Positions 21,402-31,458 of a stretch of 64,000 nt of DNA are shown in pieces. The notes under the pieces were generated by a model that worked only from the letters and a program-made list of their open reading frames with translations, did no database searches and had not been told where the DNA came from. This stretch comes from Candidatus Eremiobacteria bacterium (GTDB taxonomy: Bacteria; Vulcanimicrobiota; Vulcanimicrobiia; Vulcanimicrobiales; Vulcanimicrobiaceae), in NCBI GenBank assembly GCA_963737065.1, contig CAVTRC010000001.1, forward strand, positions 192,001 through 256,000, written 5' to 3'. The first letter of the stretch is position 1, and each line of letters begins with the position of its first letter. The position numbers and the translations under genes are program-made.

Positions 21402-22318
21402 ACCGCCACGGCGGGTCGTGCAAGTGACGCGACACGCGCGCGCAGGATCTCGTTTGCCCCGCCCAAATCTTTGCGCGTGTAGAAGGCGTGAAACGCTTCT
21501 TCGCTGCCCCACGTAACGGGACGGGGACCGAGAACCTCTTCGTTGAGGTAGTGAAGTACGCGGACATCTGCCAAATCGATGAGAAATTTGCGCTCGGCCC
21601 AGTCGAGGTTCGGAAAGTTGAACCTCGGTTCGAGCGCGAGGTGCGGCAATCCGACCTTGTAGATAGCGAGCGTAAGCGCAAATTGCGCCCGGTAAGCTGC
21701 GTAAACCGCTGCGCGTTCGAAGACGAGATCGAGACAACGCTCGTATTCCGGCCCAAAATCCTTCATCGCCGGCCCCGGCACGAACACCGCACCGAAGTTG
21801 TAGTAGATCGGAGCGAAGCGGTTCACTTCTTCGTTGTACATCGTGCCCCAGCCCAGGTGCTGAAAGCGGTCTACCGGGAGCCGGTATCCTACCGACGCAA
21901 AAACTTGCTCCCATGACAAACCGCTTCCGCGAAAAGGCGGAACGTGCGCCATAACCCCCGCAGCAACCGGCTGGGCGAGGAGGCTGACGATGATATCATC
22001 GAGCGGCCGGATCAGAACGGTGTCGGCGTCGAGGAAGAGCACCAGATCAGCGTCCGTATCCATTCTGATACGATCCGGTGCAAAGTACGACATTCGGCGG
22101 AATTTTTCGCGGTCGATGAACCGCCATTCAATGTTTGCTTCTCGAGCCCACGCGTACCGCGCCGGCACATCGAACGGATCGCAATCTTCCCCGATAAATA
22201 CGATGAACTGCGCGGTCGCCGTAATGCCGCCGCATGCAAGAAACGACCGCCAGACGTATTCGACCTGACGAAAAAATGCGGGCGTCGGGCTGATGTGGAT
22301 GCGTACTTCAACGTTCAT
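21398..22318 (-). CDS. GT-A fold glycosyltransferase (GT8-like)
   Basis: LFLDADT (DxD), YNFGAVF, VLHY. Confidence 0.7.
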   Translation of the reverse strand: MNVEVRIHISPTPAFFRQVEYVWRSFLACGGITATAQFIVFIGEDCDPFDVPARYAWAREANIEWRFIDREKFRRMSYFAPDRIRMDTDADLVLFLDADTVLIRPLDDIIVSLLAQPVAAGVMAHVPPFRGSGLSWEQVFASVGYRLPVDRFQHLGWGTMYNEEVNRFAPIYYNFGAVFVPGPAMKDFGPEYERCLDLVFERAAVYAAYRAQFALTLAIYKVGLPHLALEPRFNFPNLDWAERKFLIDLADVRVLHYLNEEVLGPRPVTWGSEEAFHAFYTRKDLGGANEILRARVASLARPAVAV

Positions 22319-23256
22319 TGGCGCGCCTCTTCAGCCACGCGATATGCGGCCCGTACCCGTTGCATTTCGACCTGCGCGTTCGCGACCACTCGATCGAGCT
22401 CGGTTTTGAACTCCGCCCGCGCACCCGCCAACATCACTTGCGCGAAACCGCGCGAAATATTGAGCACTTCCGTTAGGCCGATCAGCTGGTGAAGGTCGCG
22501 CGAGAGCAGCGCCGAGTACATCGGCGCGGTGAACGGAAGCCGAAACCCTGCGTTCGAGCCAGCGTGATGCGCAAGGCGCGAATCGATCACGCTGCTCGTT
22601 AGCGACGCGAGTTGTTCACGCGTTCCCGTCCATGGCAAGTGCAAACGGTCGACCAAATATGCGGCTTGATCGACCGGTGTCTCCATCCAGTAACGGTAGT
22701 CCACGATCGCGTGAACGTTGCCCTTCAGCCGGGAGATGGCGTCGGCATTGTGCTCGAGCCACATTACCTCCGAATGCATCGGATCGATGCCGTCACGCGC
22801 CTCCAGCGACTTCGCAACGTCGTTCGGGTTGCGCGTGACCAGAACGAAATGCGCGTCGAATCCCCGTTGCTCGATGATGTCGAGCCACACCGGTAACAAT
22901 CGTGCTGTTCGCGGATCCTTAAATCCCCACAAACCGCCGTAACGATCCAGCTCTCGTACCGCAATGCCGGCGAGCTCTTCGCGAAATTGCTCGATTTGCG
23001 GCACGTGCCACCAATCTTTGGGGAACGGCACGATCATCGAGCTCGTCTTCCACTCCATTCCCATCGTGGCCAAAATCGCGTCGTGAAGACGAGAAATCTC
23101 TTTGGATTCGAAATAGCCCTTGGCGTTGTGAGCGGTGGGGGGCATCAAGTCGTCACTGAGCGGAACGCCGAGTGCATTGAGCAGATTCGTCGTTACCGAC
23201 GTACCCGAACGATGCATTCCGAGAACGACGATGAGGCGCGGGCGGCTGGCGGTCAC
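22315..23256 (-). CDS. Sulfotransferase family protein
   Basis: 5'-PSB-like loop VLGMHRSGTS, KDPR, 3'-PB-like RNPNDVAKSL. GTG start at 23256 is inferred. Confidence 0.82.
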   Translation of the reverse strand: MTASRPRLIVVLGMHRSGTSVTTNLLNALGVPLSDDLMPPTAHNAKGYFESKEISRLHDAILATMGMEWKTSSMIVPFPKDWWHVPQIEQFREELAGIAVRELDRYGGLWGFKDPRTARLLPVWLDIIEQRGFDAHFVLVTRNPNDVAKSLEARDGIDPMHSEVMWLEHNADAISRLKGNVHAIVDYRYWMETPVDQAAYLVDRLHLPWTGTREQLASLTSSVIDSRLAHHAGSNAGFRLPFTAPMYSALLSRDLHQLIGLTEVLNISRGFAQVMLAGARAEFKTELDRVVANAQVEMQRVRAAYRVAEEARQ

Positions 23257-23288
23257 AGAGGATGTATCGGCTTCGCGGAGGACGGGCG

Positions 23289-25133
23289 TTAGAAGACGCC
23301 GGCGCGCGCGAGTACCTGTGCCTCGATGAACTCGAGAAGCCCGGCTGCCGATTCGTCGACGCGTTGCGATGCCGTATCGACCACGTAATCGGGCGTTTCC
23401 GGCGCTTCGTACGGCGATGAGATGCCGGTAAAATGCGCGAGCTCTCCGCGGCGCGCCCGCTGGTAGTGACCCTTCACGTCGCGACGTTCGGCGGTCGCCA
23501 GATCGCACGATACGTAAACTTCGTAGAAGGCGTTCGGATAGGCGGCGCGCGCCAGCTCGCGGTCGGCGGCGAACGGTGAAATCAACGCGCACACGACAAC
23601 GAACCCCGCGTCCGCAAAAACGCCCGCGACCGCAGCCGTGCGCCGAACGTTCTCCGCCCGATCTTCGTCGGTGAATCCGAGATCGACGTTGAGCGTCGTG
23701 CGTAGTGTGTCCCCGTCGAGAACGTAGACGTTGCGGCCGCGTTCGAACAGCATTCGCTGAACCGCCATTGCAACCGTCGATTTGCCGGCGCTCGGCAACC
23801 CCGTGAGCCAGAACACGCCGCCGCTATGTCCGTTACGTTGCGCGCGTTCCTGCGCGTCGACCGACGACGTCATTGCTACGACGTTCGTCGCGCCTTCGCC
23901 GCGCGCGCGGCCGACGACGGCGTCGACGCGTCCGCCGGCAACGATCGTGCCGTTCCGCACGAGAATAAATCGCGTAATGCTCGATCCGTCGAGTCCCACG
24001 TCGGCTGCAATCAGTTCGCGCGAGACGAGCGTCACCACGGCGACGTCGCCGCTGCGCAGCTCTTCGCCGGTTTTCGGCTCGAGCGTCTCGGGATCGACGA
24101 TCTCATCGATGCGCTGAATCGTGATCGGAATTTCACGCGTTCCCAGACGCAAGCGCAGCGTTTCACCCGCCTTTGCGGGATCCGCGCCGAGCCAGACCAC
24201 ACGGGCTTGCAGTACATGTCCGAGCTCCGGAGCATCGGAAGCACGGCTTCCGACTGCGCCGCGATCGACGAAGACACGCGAATCGAGTTCGATTGCAACC
24301 GGCGAACCGGCGGCTGCGCGTCCGACGTCGTGCGGCCATTGCACGACGCGCGTTACGCGCGCACCGGTCTGGAGCGGCCAAAACGTCAAGTAGTCGCCGC
24401 GACGCAGTTCTCCGCTCTCGACGCGGCCCGCGATAAAGCGAGAACCGTCGCGACGATAAACGTCTTGTACGAGCACGCGCAGCGGCCCGCCCGCAGCCTG
24501 CTCCGCCCGTTCCAACGATTTCAACGCGTCGAGCAACGTGGGTCCGTTCCACCAGGACGTCAGCGAACCGCGGTTGACGACGTTGTCACCGGTACGCGCG
24601 GCGACCGGAACAATCGCATGCGCTTCGATCTGCAACTGTCCGAGAAACTCGGCAACTTCGACTTTGCGGCGTTGAAATTCCGTTTGCGCGTCTCGCACAA
24701 GATCGAGTTTGTTGACTGCGACGAGAATGTCTCGGAATCCGAGCCACTGCAAGAACAACGCCTGCTTGCGCGTCTGCGGCGTGATGCCTTCGTCGGCCGC
24801 CACGACCATTACGGGCGCATCGACTTCAGAGGCACCGCTCAACAGATTACGGATCAGTTCGCGGTGTCCGGGCGCATCGACGAAGACGAACTCGGCGTCC
24901 GTGGTTCGGACCCACACGCGCGAAACGTCCAGCGTAATCGCTTGATCGCGCTCGACCTGAAATGCGTCCAAGAGAAACGAGTACTCGATCGGAACGCCCC
25001 GTTTGGCGCTCGACGATTCAAGTTCACGGAGTTTCTCTTCGGTGACTTGTCCGACGTCAACGAGCAGACGGCCGAGAATCGTCGATTTGCCGGCGTCGAC
25101 GTCGCCGACCATGACGACGCGCAGTTGTTTCAC
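23289..25133 (-). CDS. cysNC: Bifunctional sulfate adenylyltransferase subunit 1 / adenylyl-sulfate kinase (NodQ-like)
   Basis: G-domain GDVDAGKST, DAPGH, NKLD, then APS kinase WLTGLPSAGKST, LDGD, FTGISSPYEAP. Confidence 0.95.
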   Translation of the reverse strand: MKQLRVVMVGDVDAGKSTILGRLLVDVGQVTEEKLRELESSSAKRGVPIEYSFLLDAFQVERDQAITLDVSRVWVRTTDAEFVFVDAPGHRELIRNLLSGASEVDAPVMVVAADEGITPQTRKQALFLQWLGFRDILVAVNKLDLVRDAQTEFQRRKVEVAEFLGQLQIEAHAIVPVAARTGDNVVNRGSLTSWWNGPTLLDALKSLERAEQAAGGPLRVLVQDVYRRDGSRFIAGRVESGELRRGDYLTFWPLQTGARVTRVVQWPHDVGRAAAGSPVAIELDSRVFVDRGAVGSRASDAPELGHVLQARVVWLGADPAKAGETLRLRLGTREIPITIQRIDEIVDPETLEPKTGEELRSGDVAVVTLVSRELIAADVGLDGSSITRFILVRNGTIVAGGRVDAVVGRARGEGATNVVAMTSSVDAQERAQRNGHSGGVFWLTGLPSAGKSTVAMAVQRMLFERGRNVYVLDGDTLRTTLNVDLGFTDEDRAENVRRTAAVAGVFADAGFVVVCALISPFAADRELARAAYPNAFYEVYVSCDLATAERRDVKGHYQRARRGELAHFTGISSPYEAPETPDYVVDTASQRVDESAAGLLEFIEAQVLARAGVF

Positions 25134-25939
25134 ATGTACCCCGACGTACGCAAACGTTCGAACGCGTCTTCGCTTTCACTGTCCATTGTGCGGCCTGCGC
25201 GCTCCGGTTGACGCGTTACTTCCAATTCGGCGATGACGCGCTCGACCGTATCGGCGTCGCTGTCGATCGGGAACGTGATATTGCTCTCACCGAGCGAACG
25301 GTAGCGCTTCCCGTCCTTCGCGAGATACAACGGAACGTACGGAATGTTCTCGCGCAGCGTATAGCGCCAAATATCGAGTTCCGTCCAATGCAAGAGCGGA
25401 TGAATTCGAACGTGAGCGCCGTCCGGAATGTCGTACGGGAAGTACTCCCAGAGCTCCGGCGGCTGCGTGCGCGGATCCCAGGATCCGTCCGCGTTTCGCG
25501 GGGAGAAGATGCGTTCTTTTGCGCGGATCGCTTGTTCGTCGCGCCGGATGCCGAGGATGATCCCGCGATACTTGCCGCGCTCGATCAATGCGCGCAAACC
25601 TGCGGTTTTCCGCGCAGCGTGACGCGCGGCCGGAGGCAGCGTCTGGTCGACCGTACTCTCCGGCGGGCAGCGTTCCGCGTCCACCGGAAGATTCCACGCT
25701 CCCACGAGCCAATCGCGGAACGCGTAGACTTCCGGAAATTCCATGCCGGTATCGAGCAAAACAACGGGAAACGGCACGTCTCCGAGAAACGCTTTGCGCA
25801 CCATCCAAAGAAGTGCGGTCGAGTCCTTGCCGATTGACCACAACATCGCCAGCGGATTCACGCACGAATACGCCTCCCGCAAGATGTAGATCGTCCGAGC
25901 TTCGAGTTCGTCGAGATAGGCGTCGAGCGACGTGGGCAT
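25130..25939 (-). CDS. cysD: Sulfate adenylyltransferase subunit 2
   Basis: WSIGKDS, RRDEQAIRAKERIFSPR, QPPELW, WTELDIW, GYM terminus. Confidence 0.96.
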   Translation of the reverse strand: MPTSLDAYLDELEARTIYILREAYSCVNPLAMLWSIGKDSTALLWMVRKAFLGDVPFPVVLLDTGMEFPEVYAFRDWLVGAWNLPVDAERCPPESTVDQTLPPAARHAARKTAGLRALIERGKYRGIILGIRRDEQAIRAKERIFSPRNADGSWDPRTQPPELWEYFPYDIPDGAHVRIHPLLHWTELDIWRYTLRENIPYVPLYLAKDGKRYRSLGESNITFPIDSDADTVERVIAELEVTRQPERAGRTMDSESEDAFERLRTSGYM

Positions 25940-25944
25940 GCCGT

Positions 25945-25972
25945 TTAATGAATCGGCACTGCGGTCCGATAG
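25945..25972 (+). promoter_or_regulatory. sigma28-type promoter of the sulfotransferase-like operon
   Basis: TTAA-N16-TCCGATAG, 7 nt before GTG 25980. Confidence 0.68.
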
Positions 25973-25977
25973 CTTAG
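25950..25977 (-). promoter_or_regulatory. sigma28-type promoter of cysD-cysNC
   Basis: CTAA-N16-GCCGATTC (or TAAG-N15), 10 nt before ATG 25939. Confidence 0.65.
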
Positions 25978-25979
25978 AA

Positions 25980-27020
25980 GTGACCGAGCGCATTTGTGTG
26001 CTTCATATCGGGACGCACAAGACGGCGACCACCCTCCTCCAAAACTTCTTACAGTGGAACGCGACGACGCTGACCGACGCTGGACTCTATTTTCCATGCG
26101 TCGGCTGGTATGGCGTTGTACCGGGCCAGCATGCGGTCGCATGGGAGCTCCTCGACGGCGGAGATACCGCACAAACCGACCGGCTCATAGACGATTTAAC
26201 GGTGGCCACGGCTCCGCATGTCATCATCTCTTCCGAAGAGTTTTCCCTACTGTTCGACCGGCCGGCGGCTTTGCGGGTGCTCGTCGAGCGAATTCGCGCG
26301 GTTGGATATGACGCCAAAGTGCTCGTCTACTTACGCGCGCAACCGGCATTCGCGGAGTCGATGTACGCCGAGCGGATCAAGCACGGCGACATCCGGCTGT
26401 TCTCGCCATTCATCGGCGAGATACTGCAGCACGGCGGGTTTGAGGCGCGCGGCCGGCGTGTCACGGTGCAATCGAGCGAATTGCTCGACGCGTTCAAACG
26501 AGCGACCGGGCACGAGAACGTCCACGTGCGCCAATATACGGGGGGCGGCGATGCCGTCACGATCGTCCATGATTTCTTGGCTGCGCTAGCGACGCTCGTG
26601 CCGTGCTTCGATCCACGCAACCTTCGTCTCGACCTACATCGGACGCGAATGAACGAAAGTCTCAGTTTCGGCCATCTGCTCGGCACCGCATTCGTGCAAC
26701 TGTTTCCGGACATTGGTTTGCCGGCGAACCCTGAAGAGTTCATCGGTCAACATGTGCCTTCGCTCCCGCGCGATCTCTTCAACAAGCGTTTCTCGCTCTT
26801 GCACCGCGAAGAGTACATCGGCTTCTTGGAACGCTTCGCGGACGACAATCACCGCGTACGCTCGCGTTATGGTATGTCGGCAGCATTTTTGAACGACGCC
26901 GATATTCCGGCGGCGGACGATCCGCGGTGGACGATCGCTTCAATAGAACGACCGATCCTCGATGCGTGCGTCTCGCAATGGCTCGAACGCGCGAACCGTG
27001 CCGTAGGATATCGAGCGTGA
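25980..27020 (+). CDS. Sulfotransferase-like P-loop protein
   Basis: LHIGTHKTATTLLQ, IISSEEF, YLRAQxxFAESMY, NESL. Confidence 0.7.
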   Translation: MTERICVLHIGTHKTATTLLQNFLQWNATTLTDAGLYFPCVGWYGVVPGQHAVAWELLDGGDTAQTDRLIDDLTVATAPHVIISSEEFSLLFDRPAALRVLVERIRAVGYDAKVLVYLRAQPAFAESMYAERIKHGDIRLFSPFIGEILQHGGFEARGRRVTVQSSELLDAFKRATGHENVHVRQYTGGGDAVTIVHDFLAALATLVPCFDPRNLRLDLHRTRMNESLSFGHLLGTAFVQLFPDIGLPANPEEFIGQHVPSLPRDLFNKRFSLLHREEYIGFLERFADDNHRVRSRYGMSAAFLNDADIPAADDPRWTIASIERPILDACVSQWLERANRAVGYRA

Positions 27021-27841
27021 ATGCAAGCGCAGTCGTCGACCTCCATTTGCACACACGGTGCTCCGACGGCGTATGGACGGTCGCGCGTCTCTTGAACGAA
27101 GTCCGGGCGCGACGGCTCGATTGGTTTTGCATCTCAGATCACGACACACTCGAAGCATATCCAATGCCCGTAGATGTCGCGCCGCGTTGCATTCCCGGGC
27201 TTGAGGTCGATTCGCATCACGGCGGTCATACGGTCCATCTTCTTGCGTACGGCGTGAGCGACAACAGATCGCCGCTGCTCGAAGCGCTCCGCCGGCAGCG
27301 CGTTTCACGCGAAGAGCGCATGGCATCGATGGTAGATGCGGTGCGGCGCCAGGGCATCGATCTCTCGCTCGACGACGTGCGGGTGCAAGCGGCTGGCACG
27401 GCAAGTTTGGGCAGACCGCATTTAGCGCGCGCGCTCGTCGCATGTGGCGCGGTTTCGACGGTGCAAGATGCGTTCGATCGCTACTTGGCCGACGACGCGA
27501 AAGCGTACGTCGCGCTGGAGCGTTTAACGTCCGATAAAGCGATCGCGTTAATCCGGGAATCATGCGGCGTAGCGATCGCGGCACACCCGAAGCGCCTGCA
27601 CAGCGAATCGCATCTCGCCGAATTAATCGAGCTCGGAATCGACGGTATCGAAATCGCGCATCCAACCGCGGATGCGAAGATGCAGACGACGCTGCTCGAA
27701 CGCGTACACGCGCGCGAACTGCTTGCGACCGCGGGGACCGACTTTCACGCACCGGTCGACGGTCGCCCGATCGGCGTTCCGTTTCCTGCGGCGGAGATCG
27801 AACGGCTTCGCGAGGCGGTAGAACGCCGGGCGCGACAATGA
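27017..27841 (+). CDS. PHP-domain phosphoesterase (TrpH/YciV-like)
   Basis: DLHLHTRCSDG, SDHD, GRPHLARAL, AHP, GTDFH. Confidence 0.92.
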   Translation: MNASAVVDLHLHTRCSDGVWTVARLLNEVRARRLDWFCISDHDTLEAYPMPVDVAPRCIPGLEVDSHHGGHTVHLLAYGVSDNRSPLLEALRRQRVSREERMASMVDAVRRQGIDLSLDDVRVQAAGTASLGRPHLARALVACGAVSTVQDAFDRYLADDAKAYVALERLTSDKAIALIRESCGVAIAAHPKRLHSESHLAELIELGIDGIEIAHPTADAKMQTTLLERVHARELLATAGTDFHAPVDGRPIGVPFPAAEIERLREAVERRARQ

Positions 27842-27876
27842 GCTTGCGCGTGTGAGGTCAAACTAGGCTTCACCCC

Positions 27877-28824
27877 ATGTCGAGGTATTTTCGCTTCTTC
27901 GGACTCGAGCGCGATCCGTTCTTAGATACGGCTGATCCGTATTTTTATTGCGAACTCGGAGCACTGCGCAAGGCCAAGGACCGGCTTTACGATTCCGTCG
28001 ACGCATCGCGAGGGCTCACCGTTGTCCTGGGCGATCCCGGGACCGGAAAGACGAGTCTGAGCGTTGCGCTCGAGCAAGAACTCCTCGGCGACGACCGCGT
28101 CGTCCTCGGCAAAATCCTCGACCCGTCATTTGCGACCGAGACGGAATTTCTGATCGCAATCGGCCGCGTTTTCGGCCTGGCGCTCCCGCCGCGTTCGAGC
28201 GCCGCGCTTAAGAATGCGCTGAAAAATTTCTTCTTCGAAACGGCGGTTCTCGAGAAACGCACGCTCGTACTAATCGTCGACGAGGCGCAGAATCTCAGCG
28301 ACGAAAACCTTGAAGCACTGCGCCTGCTGCTGAACTATCACGTGCCGCAGCGTAAACTGCTCAACATCCTGCTCTTCGGCCAAAGTGAGCTGGAAACGCG
28401 CATAAACGCGAAGGGTAATTTGGTCGATCGTGTCGATTCCTGGATCCGTTTGATGCCTCTGGACGAAACAACCTCAGTCGCGGTCCTCGACTATCGCCTC
28501 GCTCGTGCCGGACTGGCGGCCGGCACGCAGTTGTTCACACCTGAAGCGCGCACGCTACTGACCGAAGCGGCAGCCGGCGTTCCGCGACGGCTGACCATGA
28601 TCGCGCACCTGGCGATGCAAGAGGCTGCGGACCGCGCCAGCACGCTCGTCATCGAAGACCACGTGCGGACGTCGCTCGTTGCGCGCGGGATTACGTTGAA
28701 GCCGAAGCCCGTCCTAGCAGCGCCGCCGCCCGTCGAAACGCCATCAATCAACGGCGGCGCTTCGCACGCAGAAACGCCGCGTCCGCACGGGTTTTTCGCG
28801 CGACTCTTCGCCCGTCGAGCGTAG
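27877..28824 (+). CDS. ExeA-family AAA ATPase
   Basis: YFRFFGLERDPF, Walker A GDPGTGKT, Walker B IVDEAQNL, LFGQSEL, GVPRRL. Confidence 0.88.
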   Translation: MSRYFRFFGLERDPFLDTADPYFYCELGALRKAKDRLYDSVDASRGLTVVLGDPGTGKTSLSVALEQELLGDDRVVLGKILDPSFATETEFLIAIGRVFGLALPPRSSAALKNALKNFFFETAVLEKRTLVLIVDEAQNLSDENLEALRLLLNYHVPQRKLLNILLFGQSELETRINAKGNLVDRVDSWIRLMPLDETTSVAVLDYRLARAGLAAGTQLFTPEARTLLTEAAAGVPRRLTMIAHLAMQEAADRASTLVIEDHVRTSLVARGITLKPKPVLAAPPPVETPSINGGASHAETPRPHGFFARLFARRA

Positions 28825-30299
28825 TGAACGTCGATCCGGAGTTCGACCTGAGCGCGGATATGCGGCTGATCGAGCTTCAGCGCGCCGCGCTCGGACTTGC
28901 ACCGCCCGCGCCCACGGCATGGCAAACGCGTACGCTCGCTGAGGACGGAATGGCCGTCGAGGAAGCGCCCGTGCCGCGACCGCAGACCGCTGTGCTCGCC
29001 GCATCGCTGACGGCTAATCCGTCCGCGGACGTGATTCCGGGTGCCGTCGTCACCGCGTCGCTCAGCATCGCGAACGAGGGCGCCGAAATCGCAAGAAACG
29101 TCATCGTCGGCGTGCCGGTGCCGGGCGGCGCCGGCTATCGTCCGGGTTCATTTGTGATGGACGGGCGCAGCGTAGACGAAGACACGGCAGAGCAGTTCCT
29201 CGGCGCCGGGATAACGGTCGGCGAGATGGCAAGCGGAACGCGGCACACGTTTATCTGGAAGCTCGGTGTGAGGCTCGGCCGGCAGCCGCTGATTTTCGCG
29301 CCATCGGTGCGCGCAACGGGAGCCGCCGTCGTCGGTGCGCGGACATTTCAAGTCGATCGCAAACACCGCGCCTCGATCGGTTTCGCCACCGAGCTCGAAC
29401 GAACCGATCCGACGCTCTTCGTGCCGAAGCCGCTCGTCCCGGTCGATATTCCGGCCGAAGACCTGCCGTTCTACGAACTCGACGCCGAAGAGACGCTGAT
29501 TCACGAAGCTGCAGACGCTGCGCTCTCGTCCGCCGCACCGCGCGTTGAATCTGCAGTGGTCGCCGAAGCGCCGCCGCAACCCGAAGCGGTGCGCGAACCG
29601 CATCCGGGGCCGGAGAGCGAACCGGAACCGGCGCCGGCGCCTCGCGAAGCGGTCGTGCTCTACGCCAAGATAGACCGCGCTACGGTAGCGTTTTTCGAGC
29701 AGACCTTCAACGGTTCGAAAGCGCCGACGATTTTGAACCATTGTATCTTCGCAAGCGCGCTCGCATGCGCTACGGATGCCGATGGCAGCGACGCATTGGG
29801 GTTGCGCAAGCATCTCGACGCGCAATCGCAAGTGCTGCACCGGATTGCACTTCACGAGCGGCTCGGCAAAAAGGAACCGATAACGGAGTACGCGGGACGC
29901 CTCATCGCTTCGCTCGACGACATAACGCCGGCGCCGATACGCGATATCCATGCGTCGAGGGACGCCTTGTTCCTCGAAACGGAGCTGACGGAACCGACGC
30001 TCGTCGTCATCGCGAAGATCTATGAGGACCGCGAGCGATGGGACTTCGTCAAAGCACGGCAATTGACGCTCGCTCTGCAAGCTCGACGTCTCGCGGGGCG
30101 CGATCTCGATGTCGCATTAAGCGCGGCATTGGAAAACGCGCTTCGCGTCTATGCACAAACCGCAATGACGACATTGCAGAAGTTATTTGTTCGGTTGCGC
30201 CTCGATCGCACGACCGGCGTGTTGTTCCAAACCGAGCATCAGCTGGACGTCGCTGCCCGCGCGCTCGTGACCGCGTTCAAGAACGCGCTCGCGGAGTGA
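28824..30299 (+). CDS. Hypothetical protein with DUF11/Ig-like domain, Pro/Glu linker and helical C-terminus
   Basis: PGAVVTASLSIANEG...PVPGGAGYRPGS pattern; overlaps both neighbours. Confidence 0.7.
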   Translation: MNVDPEFDLSADMRLIELQRAALGLAPPAPTAWQTRTLAEDGMAVEEAPVPRPQTAVLAASLTANPSADVIPGAVVTASLSIANEGAEIARNVIVGVPVPGGAGYRPGSFVMDGRSVDEDTAEQFLGAGITVGEMASGTRHTFIWKLGVRLGRQPLIFAPSVRATGAAVVGARTFQVDRKHRASIGFATELERTDPTLFVPKPLVPVDIPAEDLPFYELDAEETLIHEAADAALSSAAPRVESAVVAEAPPQPEAVREPHPGPESEPEPAPAPREAVVLYAKIDRATVAFFEQTFNGSKAPTILNHCIFASALACATDADGSDALGLRKHLDAQSQVLHRIALHERLGKKEPITEYAGRLIASLDDITPAPIRDIHASRDALFLETELTEPTLVVIAKIYEDRERWDFVKARQLTLALQARRLAGRDLDVALSAALENALRVYAQTAMTTLQKLFVRLRLDRTTGVLFQTEHQLDVAARALVTAFKNALAE

Positions 30300-31063
30300 A
30301 ACTTCTTATCGGGATCCCGACGAGCGGCTCGCCGGCGAAGCCGTTCCTCGAAAGTTTGAGCGCGCTAGAAATTCCCCAAACGTTCGCATCCGTCGATCGT
30401 GCCGTCGTAAGCGGAAACTATGTGCCGGCACAACGGGAGTTGATCGTGCGGCGCGCGCTTGCGCGCGGCGCGGATCGCTTGTTGATGTGCGACGACGACA
30501 TGATCGTGCCGAAGGACGCCGTCGCGAAGCTGGGCGCCGTGCTCGACGACGACCCGGCGTGCGCGCTTGCCGGAGCACTCTACTACTCGCGCGACGGCTT
30601 CCGCCCGATGGCGGTCGATGGTTGGAATCCGAACGACACGACGAGCGCAAACATTCCCGGCTTCACTGACGGCCCGGTTACGGTCGACGGCGTAGGCTTC
30701 GGATGCGTACTTTTGCGTCTCGATGCGCTCGCCGCGATGGACCCGCCGTACTTCAGCGCGCACGTTTTTATCGAGCCGAACGCGTCGCGCGTTCGCGTCT
30801 GCAACGAAGACTATCTCTTCTGCGCGCGACTCCGTGCGCAAAACGCACGCGTTGTTCTTCATGCCGGCGTGCGATGCGGTCACTTCGATCGCGCGACCGC
30901 TGCCGTGCAACCGCAGCCCTGGGAAGATCCGCGCGTAACGGCGGAGGCACGCATGGCGGTCGTCAAGGAGGGCCAACCACGGCTCGTTCCGGTCGCGGCG
31001 TCGCCGCCCGGTGCCGAACGGCACGAAACAGCGGCTATTTCGTACGTCTGGCCGGCGATTTAG
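30296..31063 (+). CDS. GT-A fold glycosyltransferase (GT2-like)
   Basis: LLIGIP, MCDDD, VGFGCVL, NEDYLFC, CGH. Confidence 0.75.
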   Translation: MKLLIGIPTSGSPAKPFLESLSALEIPQTFASVDRAVVSGNYVPAQRELIVRRALARGADRLLMCDDDMIVPKDAVAKLGAVLDDDPACALAGALYYSRDGFRPMAVDGWNPNDTTSANIPGFTDGPVTVDGVGFGCVLLRLDALAAMDPPYFSAHVFIEPNASRVRVCNEDYLFCARLRAQNARVVLHAGVRCGHFDRATAAVQPQPWEDPRVTAEARMAVVKEGQPRLVPVAASPPGAERHETAAISYVWPAI

Positions 31064-31458
31064 TGCCGGCTGTCTAATCCTGCCGAACGGCGCGGACTTT
31101 CTCCGATCGTCACGCCGCGCGCATACGTCTTCCAGCGCGAGAGCTGGCGCAATCGTTCACCGATGCGGTCGTGGATCGCTTGTAGCTTCTGCATCCGCTG
31201 CTGCCGGTACGCATAGACGTACCGGACCCGTGCAAACACGGCGTCGTCGAAGTCGAGCGTGCGATGCGCGACGGCGTCGTTCATCCCGTTGTGCAGTGAA
31301 TGCGTTACGCGGCGAGAATCCGCAAGCGCTACGCCGAGGCGGGTCCAATTACGCTCGTCGATCGACGCGTCGATCTCGACGCACAAGCGTTCCAGTTCGT
31401 TAAGGTCGCGTGCGACGGCTTCGAGCAACGCTTGGCCGCAGTCAGCCGACGGCTGCAA
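31060..31458 (-). CDS. Putative flagellar chaperone (FliT/FlgN-like)
   Basis: 132-aa helical protein directly after fliS; call is positional. Confidence 0.55.
   Translation of the reverse strand: MQPSADCGQALLEAVARDLNELERLCVEIDASIDERNWTRLGVALADSRRVTHSLHNGMNDAVAHRTLDFDDAVFARVRYVYAYRQQRMQKLQAIHDRIGERLRQLSRWKTYARGVTIGESPRRSAGLDSRH

Noticed and set aside
27877..28824. ATPase as a transposon TnsC/IstB or a type II secretion component
   Set aside because: No transposase, terminal repeats or gsp/pilus genes nearby.
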